Positions 1-13,328 of a stretch of 64,000 nucleotides of DNA are shown here, in pieces. The position numbers and the translations under genes are program-made. This DNA comes from Eledone cirrhosa. Taxonomy: Eukaryota. The notes below the pieces were generated by a model, which worked only from the letters and a program-made list of their open reading frames with translations, was not told the DNA's origin and ran no database searches. Numbering within the stretch: position 1 is the first letter of the stretch; every line of letters begins with the position of its first letter. The stretch is from positions 170,252,001-170,316,000 of the forward strand of contig OZ024743.1 of assembly GCA_964016885.1 (NCBI GenBank), read 5' to 3'.

Positions 1-1862
1 TAGCATCCGCCTGCATTTGAAAAACGTGTCTAACAATGCGACTTCTACTGTCTAATTTCCCTGCACATCTACTGCATACGTATTTCTCCCTAACTGGTAG
101 TTTGCCTGCTATCCCACTACATCTTTTGTGTACCCAGGATCTGCATTGTGTGCATTTTATAGAATTTATGCCAGTTCCTTTTCTGCATATCGAACATGGC
201 CATTTCCCTGACAGTTGTGTCCCCTTTTCTACTCATCAACACTTTTTTCTTAGTTAGGTTCACTCTCAGTCCTCTTGCTTCCAACTGCTATATCCATAGC
301 CAGAATTTATTCTCTAGCTCCTCTACTGGTTCTGCTATAAGAACCAGATCGTCAGCATAGAGAAGTTCCCATGGACAGCCAGTCTTTAACTCCTCTGTTA
401 TGGCTTGGAGGTCTATAATGAACAAGAGCGGGCTGAGGACCGAACCTTGATGTACCCCTACTTGTATCTGGAATTCCTCACTAAACTCCATTCCTACCCT
501 GACTTTACTGACAGTACCTCTGTACAAAGTTTTCACTGTCCTCACAAGCCATTCTTTAACACCTAGTTTCCTTGGGGACCACCAGATGACAGATCAGGGT
601 ACCCTATCAAAGGCCTTCTCTAGGTCAACAAAAGCTAAGTATAGTGGCTTATGTTTCGCTAAGAACCTGTCTTGTAATTGTCTCACCAAAAAGAGGGCAT
701 CTGTTGTTCTCTACAGGCACAAAACCAAACTGCATCTCATCTAGTTTGACCCTTTCTCTAATTAGTGGTGCTAATATCCTTTCTGCCACTTTCATAACCT
801 GATCCATCAGTTTTATACCCCTATAATTGTACCTCTCCAGAGCATCCTCTTTACCCTTGTAGCAATTTATGAGAGTACTGCTGCACCAGTCTTTGGGTAT
901 GACACCACCATATATAGCCTGATTGATGATGCTTGCAACCAGTTTAGTGCCTACGTCCCCTGATGCCTTTCAGCATCTCAGCAACTATCCCCGATGGTCC
1001 ACAATTTTTCATTTCCTTAATCGCATCTTGGACCCTATATTCGTGAATCTCAATAGCTGGTCTCTCTGTCGGATCTACTGAGGGTAATTTCTCTCTCTCC
1101 CATTCGTTCTCCACATCCATCAGTCTCTCATAATGACATTTCCAGGCCTCCTTTTTCTGATCAATCGTGACACTAAGTACACCGGCATCATCCCGGACAC
1201 ATTTATCTCCAACAACATCCCGATTTGCATTGACACACTGCCTTGCAATGTGGAACACCACACGCCATTTATCTTCCCATCGCAGAACATTGGCAAACCT
1301 CCTACGTTCAGCCTCCCTGCGTGCTAAGTACACCTGACGTCTAGCTTCTGTCTTAGTGGCTGTACATTCTTCCCTACTCCCACCCTTTTTCCAAGCCTTC
1401 CATGCTAATCTTTTGTCTCTAATGGCCTTATTTACTGTGCTGTTCCACCACCAGGTCACTCTCTGTCTGGTTGGAGCTCTGCCCCAACCACAAGTTTCAT
1501 CTGCAGTAAGTTGTCACATTAAGAAATTCCAGTTATTATCGAAATCGTCTTCTTTATCGTCATACACATCTTGAAGGGCTTTGCTAAATTTGTATTTTAG
1601 TGAAAGGTCTTTTAGCTTCTAGACCTTTCTTTTCCACACCTTCCTGTATGTCTCATTCCATCTCTTGCTTACTGAGATATCACTAACGACTAACCTATGC
1701 TGTGGGGTACATTCTTCCCCAGGGTATGCCTTGGTATTAGACACTTTCTGGCTGTCCCGCTGCCTAACTAGTAAGAAGTCAATCTGGCTTATGTGCTCGC
1801 CAGATTTGTAGGTTATTAGGTGGTTGGCAGGTTTCTGAAAGTTAGTGTTGCAAATAGTCAGT
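1..1862 (-). mobile_element. Decayed RTE-clade LINE fragment (end of APE endonuclease through RT), family A
   Basis: Minus-strand pieces VGVHQGSVLSPLLF...ELLYADDL (288-545) and TWWWN...GPSGIVAEMLK (944-1459), with frameshifts and stops between them. Confidence 0.9.
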
Positions 1863-1889
1863 GTACTTGCATCACAAAATCACAAAAAA

Positions 1890-2976
<1,087 letters not shown>

Positions 2977-3094
2977 TATCCCCTCTAAATCGCACCTTGA
3001 ATTTCTCACTGGACTTATCTCTCTCTCCCTCTCTCTTTCCCTCTCAAACATTTTCCCTACCCTTCCCGCTATATCTCTCTCTCCCCTCCACAGC

Positions 3095-3827
3095 GATATG
3101 GACTGCATGCAGGGAAAAGGTGAAATTAAAGATTGCTGAGGAACCATGGCTTCCTGAGGACTCTGGTGCAGATAGAAAGAAAAAGAAAAGAAATCGAGAA
3201 GGCCTATGACCTCATAGCGCCACATATGGCGATGCTAAGCCGTGTCCTCAACGAGGAGAAAAACGGGGAGAAAGAAAGAGGAAAGGAAAAAGAAAAGGAA
3301 GAAAGCACAAGCACAGACCTGAAAGAAAATGAGATACCCGTCGCCACAGTCAGGGAGGGTAGGCCGGGCAAACAACAAGCAAGCGGTAAAGGTGAGAAGC
3401 GAAATCACCTTCTAAAGGAGAAACAAACGGAGAGGGACCAAAGGAAGAACAGAAAGCACCGAGACACTGGGAGCAAGAAAACCCAGGTAATGTGCAAGTT
3501 CTTCAGGAACAGGACCTGCTGGCATAGAGAGACAGGGATGGGCTACAGATTCGCTCACCGCAGGCCCCAAACGAACTATGCTCATCCTACTCGCACAACA
3601 TGCCCCAGCCAAAGCCGCTCCAGAAGTATGCTGATGTGATGCGTGCCGCGCCAACAAGGAGAAGGCACGCACATGCCGACGAGATACAGATGGCAGCAGC
3701 AGAGCAGAAAAATATTTTAGTGATGGCAGAGAAGATTGTGGGACAGCTGACCCGGCTGCATCATTTTCAGAGCCAGGGTCACCCACACCAGCACTCGAGA
3801 CCACCACAATTAAGGGACCCAGAGTGA
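3095..3827 (+). pseudogene. ORF1 remnant of the LINE with a degenerate CCCH-type zinc finger
   Basis: Charged region followed by CKFFRNRTCWH...GMGYRFAH, directly upstream of the APE ORF and frameshifted. Confidence 0.55.
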
Positions 3828-3848
3828 CCGCCACTGACACCAGACCAG

Positions 3849-4826
3849 GTGTCATACCGACAGCTAATCGCTGGCACCCCAAAAGTCACACCAGTGCTGC
3901 TGCTGAATGTCAGAGGCCTGGTGAAACTCAGTAACATGAGTAAAATTTCCTACCTGGGAGACTTAGCCATAAGCAATCAAGCATTATGCATGGCACTAAC
4001 CGAAACGCACCTGACAAGCAGTATAGCAGATACAGAAATACATATACCGAAATATACACTATTTCGTTTGGACAGGAAGGAGAGAACTCATGGTGGGGTT
4101 GCTCTGTATATCTGTGAAGATGTCACACCAATTGCACTGTTGACACATTCAAACTCAGTCTGTGACACACTGCTAGTACATATGAAGCAACTAAAGACAG
4201 TAATATGTGTCACATATCGGCTGCCCGATACCCCCAGTCATGAGGGTAAATTTGAGGATAGCCTCAGTAGGATAGAAGAGGTCCTTGACAAAGTGGACCA
4301 GGGTCTCAACATTCTACTGTTGGGAGACTTCAACCTGCCAAAGGTCAAATGGCCTGAGGGTCACCTCCTCCCTGGAATGACGTCAATAGAACAGAGACAG
4401 ACGGAATCCCTGCTGGCCCTCACACACAGGCTGTTCATGGAACAAGCAATACTCCTCCCAACAAGAGGCGAAAATGTCCTGGACCTCTGTTTTACAAATA
4501 ACGAAGTGCTCATCCACAATGTAAAGGTGACACCAACAATTCTCTCGGATCATAACTTAGTAGAAGTAATGATATGTGGTCCGAGAGAACCAACAGAGAC
4601 ACAACCATCAAGAAGCACCGGGATGTTATCCAGCCTTAACTCCTACAAGGCTAACTGGAAAACGATTAAGAGAGAAATCCGGAAGCAAACATGGAGTGAA
4701 AACACCGCCACACAAGACACTAACACACAATTTCAACACTTCATGACAACGATACACACTATATGCAAAAAGTTTGTCCCGGAGAAAAAGGCAAACAGAC
4801 ACAAAAAATCTTATTCCCAGACATAG
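3849..4826 (+). pseudogene. APE-type endonuclease domain of LINE ORF2
   Basis: ORF 3849-4826 with the catalytic APE motifs (NxxG, ET, GDFN, SDH). Confidence 0.9.
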
Positions 4827-5019
4827 GAAAATCCTCATGAGACGTAGAACCAAGCTCTCAAACCAGTTGAATGCACAACAAGAAGGAATCCTATTTGAAA
4901 CGTGCACTACTTGACTCAAACTTTCCCATGAAAATGAGAGGGCAAAGAAAGAAAGCAGGGCCATAAAAAATAGTAAAACAAACCCTAAGGCCTTCTTTAA
5001 ATTTGCAAAAGAAACTGCC

Positions 5020-6773
5020 TTGGTACACTGCAAGATTGGACCACTCTTCCATACAGACGATTCATTAACCGAGAATCCCCAAGAGATATGTGAAATACTG
5101 AACGAACAGTACAAAAGTGTGTTCACCTGTCCACTGAAGCACATGCAAATAACAACACCAGAGGAGTTCTTTGATGCCACAACACTACATGAAGAAATGG
5201 CAACCATCAACCACATAGACATAACAGAGGAGGATGTGGTATATGCCATAGATGAAATTAGAACAGACTCAGCTGCTGGACCTGATGGATTCCCAGCAGT
5301 CCTCTTAAAAACATGTAAGCGGGCCTTAACAACTCCACTGAAGACGCTCTTCAGAAGCCCCTTACCTAGCGGTAGACTACCCAAGGAGCTGAAAGAAGGC
5401 ACAATATGCCCTATCCATAAAGGAGGTAGCAGAGCGGAGGCCAAAAACTATAGGCCAGTCTCCCTGATGTCACATATAGGTAAGGTCACGGAGCGAATCA
5501 TCAGAAAGAAACTGATCACTTTCCTCAAGGGCAATGACTGGCTGACTAGCACACAACATGGCTCCACCCAGGAAGAAGCTGCCTTACACAGCTGCTACAT
5601 CACTACGACTGAGTACTGAAACAACTGCTAGACAGCGCACATGTGGACGTGATATATCTTGACTTTGCGAAGACCTTTAACAAGGCTTAACTGGAAAAGT
5701 AGGTGAGTGGCTGCATGACTTCTTAAAGGACAGAAGCCAGACAGTCGCAGCAAACGGGGCCCTCTCTCAAAGGAAACATCAATTTCAAGTGGGGTGTCCC
5801 AAGGCACAGTCCTGGGACCATTACTGTTTTTGGTGGCTCTCTCAGACATGACCTCTGTAGTACATACAACATCCCTCACTAGCTATGCTGATGACACTAA
5901 GGTAGCAGAGGCAATCAAAAACCCGGCCACAACAAGATCTGAATGCCATATACAAATAGGCGGAAGACAACAACATGCAGTTTAATGCTGGCAAATTCCA
6001 ATACAAACCTGCAAACACAAATACAGTACAACACAGTTACACTGGACCAGGAGGGACTGATATTCCCGTGTCGAATTTGTTATGAGACCTGGGTATAGAC
6101 ATGAGCGACGATGCATCTTTTTTCCTCACACGTCATGAAAGTGGCGACAATGTGCAGACAACTTGCTGACTGGATCTTGAGGACTTTCCGGACAAGAGAC
6201 CGAGACACTATGTTGCCACTATGGAGGACGTATATCCTAAGCCGCCTGGACTATTACTCCCAATTGTGGTCACCCCATAGTGTCAAACTAACCACGGAGC
6301 TTGAGGCAATCCAACGAAGCTTCACCAAGAGGATTGCAACGATGAAGGAGATAAGCTATTGGGAGAGGCTAAAAGAACTGAACCTCTACTCCTTGGAACG
6401 AAGACGGGAGAGATACGCAGTGATCTACATGTGGAAAATCATGGAGGGACTAGCACCAAACTTTGGCATGGGGAGCTGGACCAACCTCCGAACAGGACTT
6501 CACTGTGTGGTGCCAAATGTCCCGTCTTCCACATCTAGAATAAGGAGCAGATATTGCAATAGCCTGGGGTTCAAGGGCCCTCAACTCTTCAACAGGCTGC
6601 CTAGGGATCTGAGAGATCTGCATGGTGTGGATGTGGATGTCTTCAAGAAACATCTCGTCATCTTGCTATCCAGGATCCCGGATGAGCCCACAGCAAAGCA
6701 CGAGGGAAACCTAAGGGTAACAGCAACGAACTCCCTCTTGCACCAGTGGCCAACCAATACAGGTTGGAGATAA
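5020..6773 (+). pseudogene. Reverse transcriptase and C-terminal domain of LINE ORF2, frameshifted
   Basis: Pieces 5020-5619, 5794-5985 and 6111-6773 carrying QG and YADD motifs. Confidence 0.9.
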
Positions 6774-7278
6774 AATGTGTAGCAACAAGGGCAGTGCCCC
6801 AGCATGGCCTCAGCCAGATGGCTGGAACAGGTAAAAGAATAAGAGTATTATGTATATATGTATATATATATTTATATATATATATATATGTGGATATGTA
6901 TATATATGTGGATATGTGGATATATGTATATATATATATGTATATATATATATGTATATATATATATGTATATGTATATATGTATGTATATATAAAAACA
7001 AATAACGAAACGAAATTAAATTTCGTTTCGCTTCTAACTCACTTTTGTATGACTGACGCTTAAACAATTAAGTTAAAGTGTACATCTACATATGTATACG
7101 GAAGTATTAGTATGCATATAAATACACACATGTATACATATGTACATGTACTGAGTTTTTCACTAGACACTTTACAGTGAGTGTCCAGCTAGTCTGTATG
7201 TAACCACACAGACGGACCGGGTTTTAGAGTCATACGGGTTTTTAAGGAAACACATTTCCTCTATTCTCCAGACAGGAG

Positions 7279-7320
7279 TATTGGACTAGTTTCGATGTTA
7301 TTACATCTCATCAGCAATAT
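7279..7320 (-). ncRNA. Minimal type I hammerhead ribozyme, left arm of element 1
   Basis: Reverse complement reads atattg-CTGATGA-gatgt(aata)acatc-GAAA-ctag-TC-caata. Confidence 0.88.
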
Positions 7321-7591
7321 ATACCCATCTTCCGGCTTCTCTAGAGAATTGTAAAAGCACATATCGTTATATGCTTTTTCTATGAAAATTAGTAGTGGGT
7401 AGACTAATTTGCATAGAACGTGAGTCATTGTACGCACCGGTTCAGCGGAAACGATAAAAACAAATAACGAAACGATGCGTACAATGACTCACGTTCTATG
7501 CAAATTAGTCTACCCACTACTAATTTTCATAGAAAAAGCATATAACGATATGTGCTTTTACAATTCTCTAGAGAAGCCGGAAGATGGGTAT

Positions 7592-7634
7592 ATATTGCTG
7601 ATGAGATGTAATAACATCGAAACTAGTCCAATAT
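7592..7634 (+). ncRNA. Minimal type I hammerhead ribozyme, right arm of element 1
   Basis: Stem I atattg/caatat; core CTGATGA 7598-7604; stem II gatgt/acatc; GAAA 7619-7622; palindromic stem III ACTAGT; GUC site, predicted cleavage after 7628. Confidence 0.9.
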
Positions 7635-7946
7635 TCCTGTCTGGCTCTCTGGAGAATAGAGGAAATGTGTTTCCTTAAAAACTCGTATGACTCTAAAACC
7701 CGGTCTGTCTGTGTGGTTACATACAGACTAGCTGGACACTCACTGTAAAGTGTCTAGTGAAAAACTCAGTACATGTACATATGTATACATGTGTGTATTT
7801 ATATGCATACTAATACTTCCGTATACATATGTAGATGTACACTTTAACTTAATTGTTTATGTATATATATATATATGTATATATGTATGTATATATATAT
7901 ATGTATATATGTATATATGTATGGATATATATGTATATATGTATGG

Positions 7947-7979
<33 letters not shown>

Positions 7980-7984
7980 TGTAT

Positions 7985-9776
7985 GTTTCGATACTGTTAA
8001 CAGAGATGCATTATGGAAGGTTCTCGAGAAACATGGTTGCCCTGATAAGTTCCTTGCTTTAGTTAGGTCTTTCCATGATGACATGAAGGCTTGGGTTAAT
8101 GTCGGGGGTAACATGTCGGAGCCTATCTCAGTAAAAAATGGAGTGAAACAGGGGGATATTCCAGCACCGACCCTGTTTGCCATATACTTTGCAATGGTTT
8201 TCTGTATTGCATTCAGGAATTGCGAGCATGGTGTTTACATCCGATATCGAATCTCAGGCAGCATATTTAACATCAGGCGCTTTGCTGCGAAGACAAAAGT
8301 ATTTACATCAATCATAAGAGACCTCTTGTATGCAGATGATTGCGATCTTGTAGCGCACACAGAGAGTGATATGCAGCACATTTTGAATGCATTTTCTGAC
8401 GCTTGCACTGCCCTGGGTTTGACTGTCAGTCTCAAGAAAACCGTCGTCATGTACCAACCTGCCCCTAGTAAGCAGTACACTGAACCAAACATCTATGTGT
8501 ATGGCAAACGACTTGGAGTGGTTGATCAGTTTGTCTACCTGGGAAGCACTGTCAATCGATACGGCAACCTTGGGGTCGGCGAGACATATGCAGGAGGACA
8601 AAGGTAAAGGTGTACAGGGCATGTGTACTCTCTTGTCTTCTTTATGCCTGCGAGACCTGGGTCACATATTGACACCACCTTAAGCAATTGGAGCGTTTCC
8701 ATCAGATGTGTCTCACACGGATCCATGGCGTTCACTGGAGGGACCACATCAGTGATGTCGAGATTTTGGAAAGCTCTATGTGTGACAGTATAGAAGCTCT
8801 TGTGCTTTAGCAACGACTCCGTTGGAGTGGTCACCTTGCCAGGATGAAGGATTCTAGAATAACAAAACAACTCTTCTATGGAGAGTTGGTTAAAGGAAAA
8901 CGACCGCCACATAAACCAAAAAAGAGGTATAAGGATTCCTTGAAAGCCTCTCTGAAAGACGCTAACATCTCTGCTGATACATGGGAAAATGTTGCTGCTG
9001 ATCGTAATAAATGGAGAAAGACTGTATATGAGGGAAAAGTTGCCTTTGAGGCATCTCGAATCGCACACGAGAAAGTAAAGCGGGATGTGAGGAAGGGCAT
9101 TGCTGTTTCACTTCCAGACGGCGAGGGTCCTCCTATGGTGCTGACATGCAGCGTCTGTGCGAGACTCTGCCTAAGCAAAGCTGGACTCGAAAGTCATCTT
9201 CACAGTCATAAAGTAAGACCAGTGGTTGACTACCAGGTTGCTGTTGGAGATGCTACTCATCATGCTTGCCAAACATGTGGTAGAGAATGTAAATCAGCAG
9301 GAGGGCTCAAGCGACATGCAAAAGTACACGAACTCCAACCACAGCCGACTATTCCCAGTGAATGTTTTGGTTGCCGACTCTGTGCGAGACATTTTAGATC
9401 ATTGGCTGGGCTAAAAAGCCATATTCGATCGCAGCACTGTTAGTTGCTATCGTGTGTGTGTGTGTATGTAGATATGCTTATGTGCGTGCGTGTGTGTGTA
9501 TATATATATGAATATGTATATTATTATTGTTGTTGTCGTTATTATTATTACTGCTATTATTATTATTATTATTATTATTGTTATTAATGTATGTGTGTGT
9601 GTATATGTGTGTGTGTATGTTTATATGTATGTATGTATATATATATATATATATATATTTCTTTTTTTTATTTATTTATTATTATTATTATTATTTATTT
9701 TATTTTATTTTTATTTATTTATTTATTTTTTCTTCTCGTGCAATGGCCATACTCGATAACGAGGGGGCAGCCATCA
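7985..9776 (+). mobile_element. 5'-truncated RTE-clade LINE (family B) with C-terminal C2H2 zinc fingers; 3' end split by microsatellite 9450-9740
   Basis: FDTVNR..GVKQG..LLYADD..FVYLGS (7985-8560); KQLFYGEL..DRNKWR; 3' tail gcaatggccatactcgataacgagggggcagccatcat. Confidence 0.88.
8844..9443 (+). pseudogene. RTE ORF C-terminus with three C2H2 zinc fingers
   Basis: CSVC..GLESHLHSH, CQTC..GLKRHAKVH, CRLC..GLKSHIRSQH. Confidence 0.85.
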
Positions 9777-9779
9777 TAT

Positions 9780-10042
9780 ACATACATACATATATATCTA
9801 TATATATGCATACATACATATGTATGTGCATACATACATGCATACATATATATATATACATATATACATACATACATATATATATATACATATATACATA
9901 TATATATATATATGTATATATATGTATATATATATATATGTATGTGTATATATGTGTGTATATGTATATATATATATGTATATATATATATGTATATATA
10001 TATATATGTATGTGTATATATATGTGTATATGTATATATATG

Positions 10043-10073
<31 letters not shown>

Positions 10074-10074
10074 G

Positions 10075-10144
<70 letters not shown>

Positions 10145-10152
10145 TATATGTG

Positions 10153-10219
<67 letters not shown>

Positions 10220-10244
10220 ATATATATGTGTATATATATATGTG

Positions 10245-10277
<33 letters not shown>

Positions 10278-10490
10278 GTATATATATATGTATATATATA
10301 TATGTGTATATATATATATATATGTATATATATGTGTATATATATGTATATATATATATGTATATATATATGTATATATATATGTATATATATATGTATA
10401 TATATATATGTATATATATATGTATATATATATATGTATATATATATGTATATATATATGTATATATATATATGTATATATATATATGTG

Positions 10491-10544
<54 letters not shown>

Positions 10545-10590
10545 TATATGTGTATATATATGTGTATATATATATGTGTATATGTATATA

Positions 10591-10627
<37 letters not shown>

Positions 10628-10680
10628 ATATATATGTGTATATATATATGTGTATATATATATATATATGTATATATATG

Positions 10681-10726
<46 letters not shown>

Positions 10727-11183
10727 TATATATATATATATATGTATATATATATGTATGTATGTATATATATATGTATGTATGTATATATATATATATA
10801 TATGTGTATATATATATATATATGTATGTATATATATATGTATGTATGTATATATATATGTATGTATGTATATATATATATGTATGTATGTATATGTATA
10901 TATGTATGTATATGTATATATGTATATGTATATATGTATGTATGTATATGTATATATGTATGTATGTATGTATATGTATATATGTATGTATGTATATATA
11001 TATATATGTATGTATGTATATGTATATATGTATGTATGTATATGTATATATGTATATGTATATATGTATGTATGTATATGTATATATGTATGTATGTATG
11101 TATATGTATATATGTATGTATGTATATATATATATGTGTATATACATATATATATATATATGTATGTATGTATGTATATATAT
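9780..11183. repeat. (TA)n/(TATG)n microsatellite
   Basis: Directly visible. Confidence 0.98.
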
Positions 11184-11730
11184 GGTCGGGTCGTTGGCGA
11201 CTAAACTGGCAACCCCACCAAGGTTTCTTGGTGAGGAGGGTGACTTTGGACTTCCTGCAGGACTAAAAACAAAACCTGTCAAAGGCAAAGGAGCTCTTAA
11301 GAGTCAATGGCCATCCAAAATCACTGGGAGAGATGACCCCTTAGCCTTTGTCAAGGCAAAATTCTAGGAGACGGAAAACTCTGATATAACACCTGCAACC
11401 CTGATGGTATCCAATGATGTTGACTTGTTCTTCTTTTTGGTAAATATTGTCTTGGTTAAGAGAGTGGGACTGGCTTTGTGCAGTGCCTTTGCTCACTTTA
11501 AAAGCTTCACGGCACATGCATTGCTTTATATCTGGAGATCTCTCTGCACTTGTCGTCACATGGTACCATGAACACTATGTGTCAATAATTGTCACAAGTA
11601 TAGTGTTTGTACCAGAGTTTTCAAGTTGCTGGCTGGACTAAAAAGTCACATTCGTTCAGCGCATCGGTAGGGGTTCTCCTACATGGATATAAAGTAGTGG
11701 CCATACTCTAAAACGAGTTGGCAGCCACCA
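11184..11730 (+). mobile_element. Bipartite non-autonomous RTE derivative (5' UTR-like part joined to 3' end)
   Basis: RTE-type 5' UTR motif ctaggagacggaaaactctga (~11363-11383), then [15 protein letters not shown] and tail tggccatactctaaaacgagttggcagccaccat similar to 9740-9776. Confidence 0.6.
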
Positions 11731-11856
11731 TATATATATATGTATGTATGTATATATATATATATGTATATATATATATGTATGTATATATGTATGTATA
11801 TATGTATATATATATATATGTATGTGTATATATGTATGTATATATATATATGTATG

Positions 11857-11914
<58 letters not shown>

Positions 11915-12423
11915 TATGTATGTATATATATATGTATATATGTATGTATATATATATATATATATATAAATATATATATATATTTACATATATATATGAA
12001 TGTAAGTATGTATGTATACGTACATACATATATGTATACAGACGTACAGTAGCATGCATACATATATATATATATATATACATACATACAGTTGGGTGCG
12101 GATGCATTCATGTATATATGTGTGTGTCCGCATGTATCTGTGTGTTTCTAAATATATTGTTAATAACTCCCTCTGGTCGAGCAATCTTTGAAGTGTGGGG
12201 ACAGCTGGAAAGCTTCCATTACTCATACTTCTCGCCTTCTTCACCACCTCTTCTGCGGCCTCGATATAAATACCCCCTCCGCCTCCGTGGTATTTTCTTC
12301 GAGGTTATAGGAGGCTTAGCTCTGTTTCTCGACCGTTATATCGCGTGACTATCTCCCCCTCCGCCTTTTGGGATTCTTTCTCACGTCGTGTAGACGCGTT
12401 CTTGAGACTAGTAAAATGAGGTA

Positions 12424-12513
12424 TCCTCTTGATAAGTCGGCAGACCTCGCAAGGACTCTATGTCTTTATGATATATTTTTTTTGTTTATGCCACGAAACT
12501 ACGTAGTCGAGGA
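12424..12513 (+). ncRNA. Degenerate type I hammerhead with enlarged stem II, in a PLE-derived insert (12091-12583)
   Basis: Stem I tcctc/gagga; mutated core TTGATAA; stem II gt(c)ggca/tgccac with long loop; GAAA; palindrome ACTACGTAGT; GUC site. Confidence 0.6.
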
Positions 12514-12579
12514 ATTTAGGAGCAGTTTAGGTATGATACATTTTATTACTAATTATATCTAAATGTTTCTTCTCTCTTC

Positions 12580-12641
<62 letters not shown>

Positions 12642-12814
12642 CATACATATACATATATACATACAGGTACACATACATATATGTACGCATCAGTTTAGCG
12701 GACGCTTATTATAGCGCCCGCTTTGTTCGTTTGTAAATAAACTGAACAGCCTGAATTTATGCCGCACGGTGTGAAGGCAACCACGTCACCTTTTTGTTCA
12801 ACACTGGCACAGGA

Positions 12815-12857
12815 ACGATGTACTAGTTTCAAGCTTGTTAGCTATCATCAGCACCAT
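12815..12857 (-). ncRNA. Minimal type I hammerhead, left arm of element 2
   Basis: Reverse complement reads atggtg-CTGATGA-tagctaacaagctt-GAAA-ctag-TA-catcgt. Confidence 0.75.
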
Positions 12858-13074
12858 ATACCCATCTGCCAGATAGTTGAACGTTCGAAAGTATATACTT
12901 TCCTTATGAAAATTAACGGCTGAGCAGCCTAATTTGCATATCGAGTGAGTTAAATCGGTCAGGCGCACCGAAAACGATGAGTTGGAAAAAAAATGAAAAC
13001 GAAATTTCATTTCTCACTCCTAGTACGGCACTTACTTATCATCAGCACCGTATACCCATCTGGCAGATGGGTAT

Positions 13075-13117
13075 ACGGTGCTGATGATAGCTAACAAGCT
13101 TGAAACTAGTACATCGT
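13075..13117 (+). ncRNA. Minimal type I hammerhead, right arm of element 2
   Basis: acggtg-CTGATGA-tagct(aaca)agctt-GAAA-ctag-TA-catcgt; T.T mismatch at base of stem II; GUA site. Confidence 0.78.
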
Positions 13118-13268
13118 TCCTGTGCCAGTGTTGAACAAAAAGGTAACGTGGCTGCCTTAACTCCGTGCGGCATAAATTCAGGCTGTTCAGTTTATTTACA
13201 AACGAACAAAGCGGGCGCTATAATAAGCGTCCGCTAAACTGATGCGTACATATATGTATGTGTACCTG

Positions 13269-13328
<60 letters not shown>

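Larger units (their letters stand above)
2977..6845 (+). mobile_element. Near-full-length decayed CR1/L2-group non-LTR retrotransposon (ORF1 remnant, APE, RT) between (TA)n tracts
   Basis: APE motifs NVRGL, ALTETHL, GGVALY, GDFN, LDLCF, SDHN; RT motifs GPDG, NYRPVSL, YLDFAK, QGTVLGPLLF, YADDTK; C-terminal YWERLKELNLYSLERRRERY. Confidence 0.88.
6992..7859. mobile_element. Fold-back non-coding PLE-associated/retrozyme-like element 1 (arms 7061-7436 and 7476-7859; 462-bp monomer)
   Basis: ~380-bp near-perfect inverted repeat; 22-bp direct repeat ataaaaacaaataacgaaacga at 6992 and 7454; HHR in both arms; flanked by (TA)n. Confidence 0.85.

Noticed and set aside
8844-9443. Host C2H2 zinc-finger transcription factor
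   Set aside because: Continuous with RTE RT/thumb motifs and followed by the RTE tail
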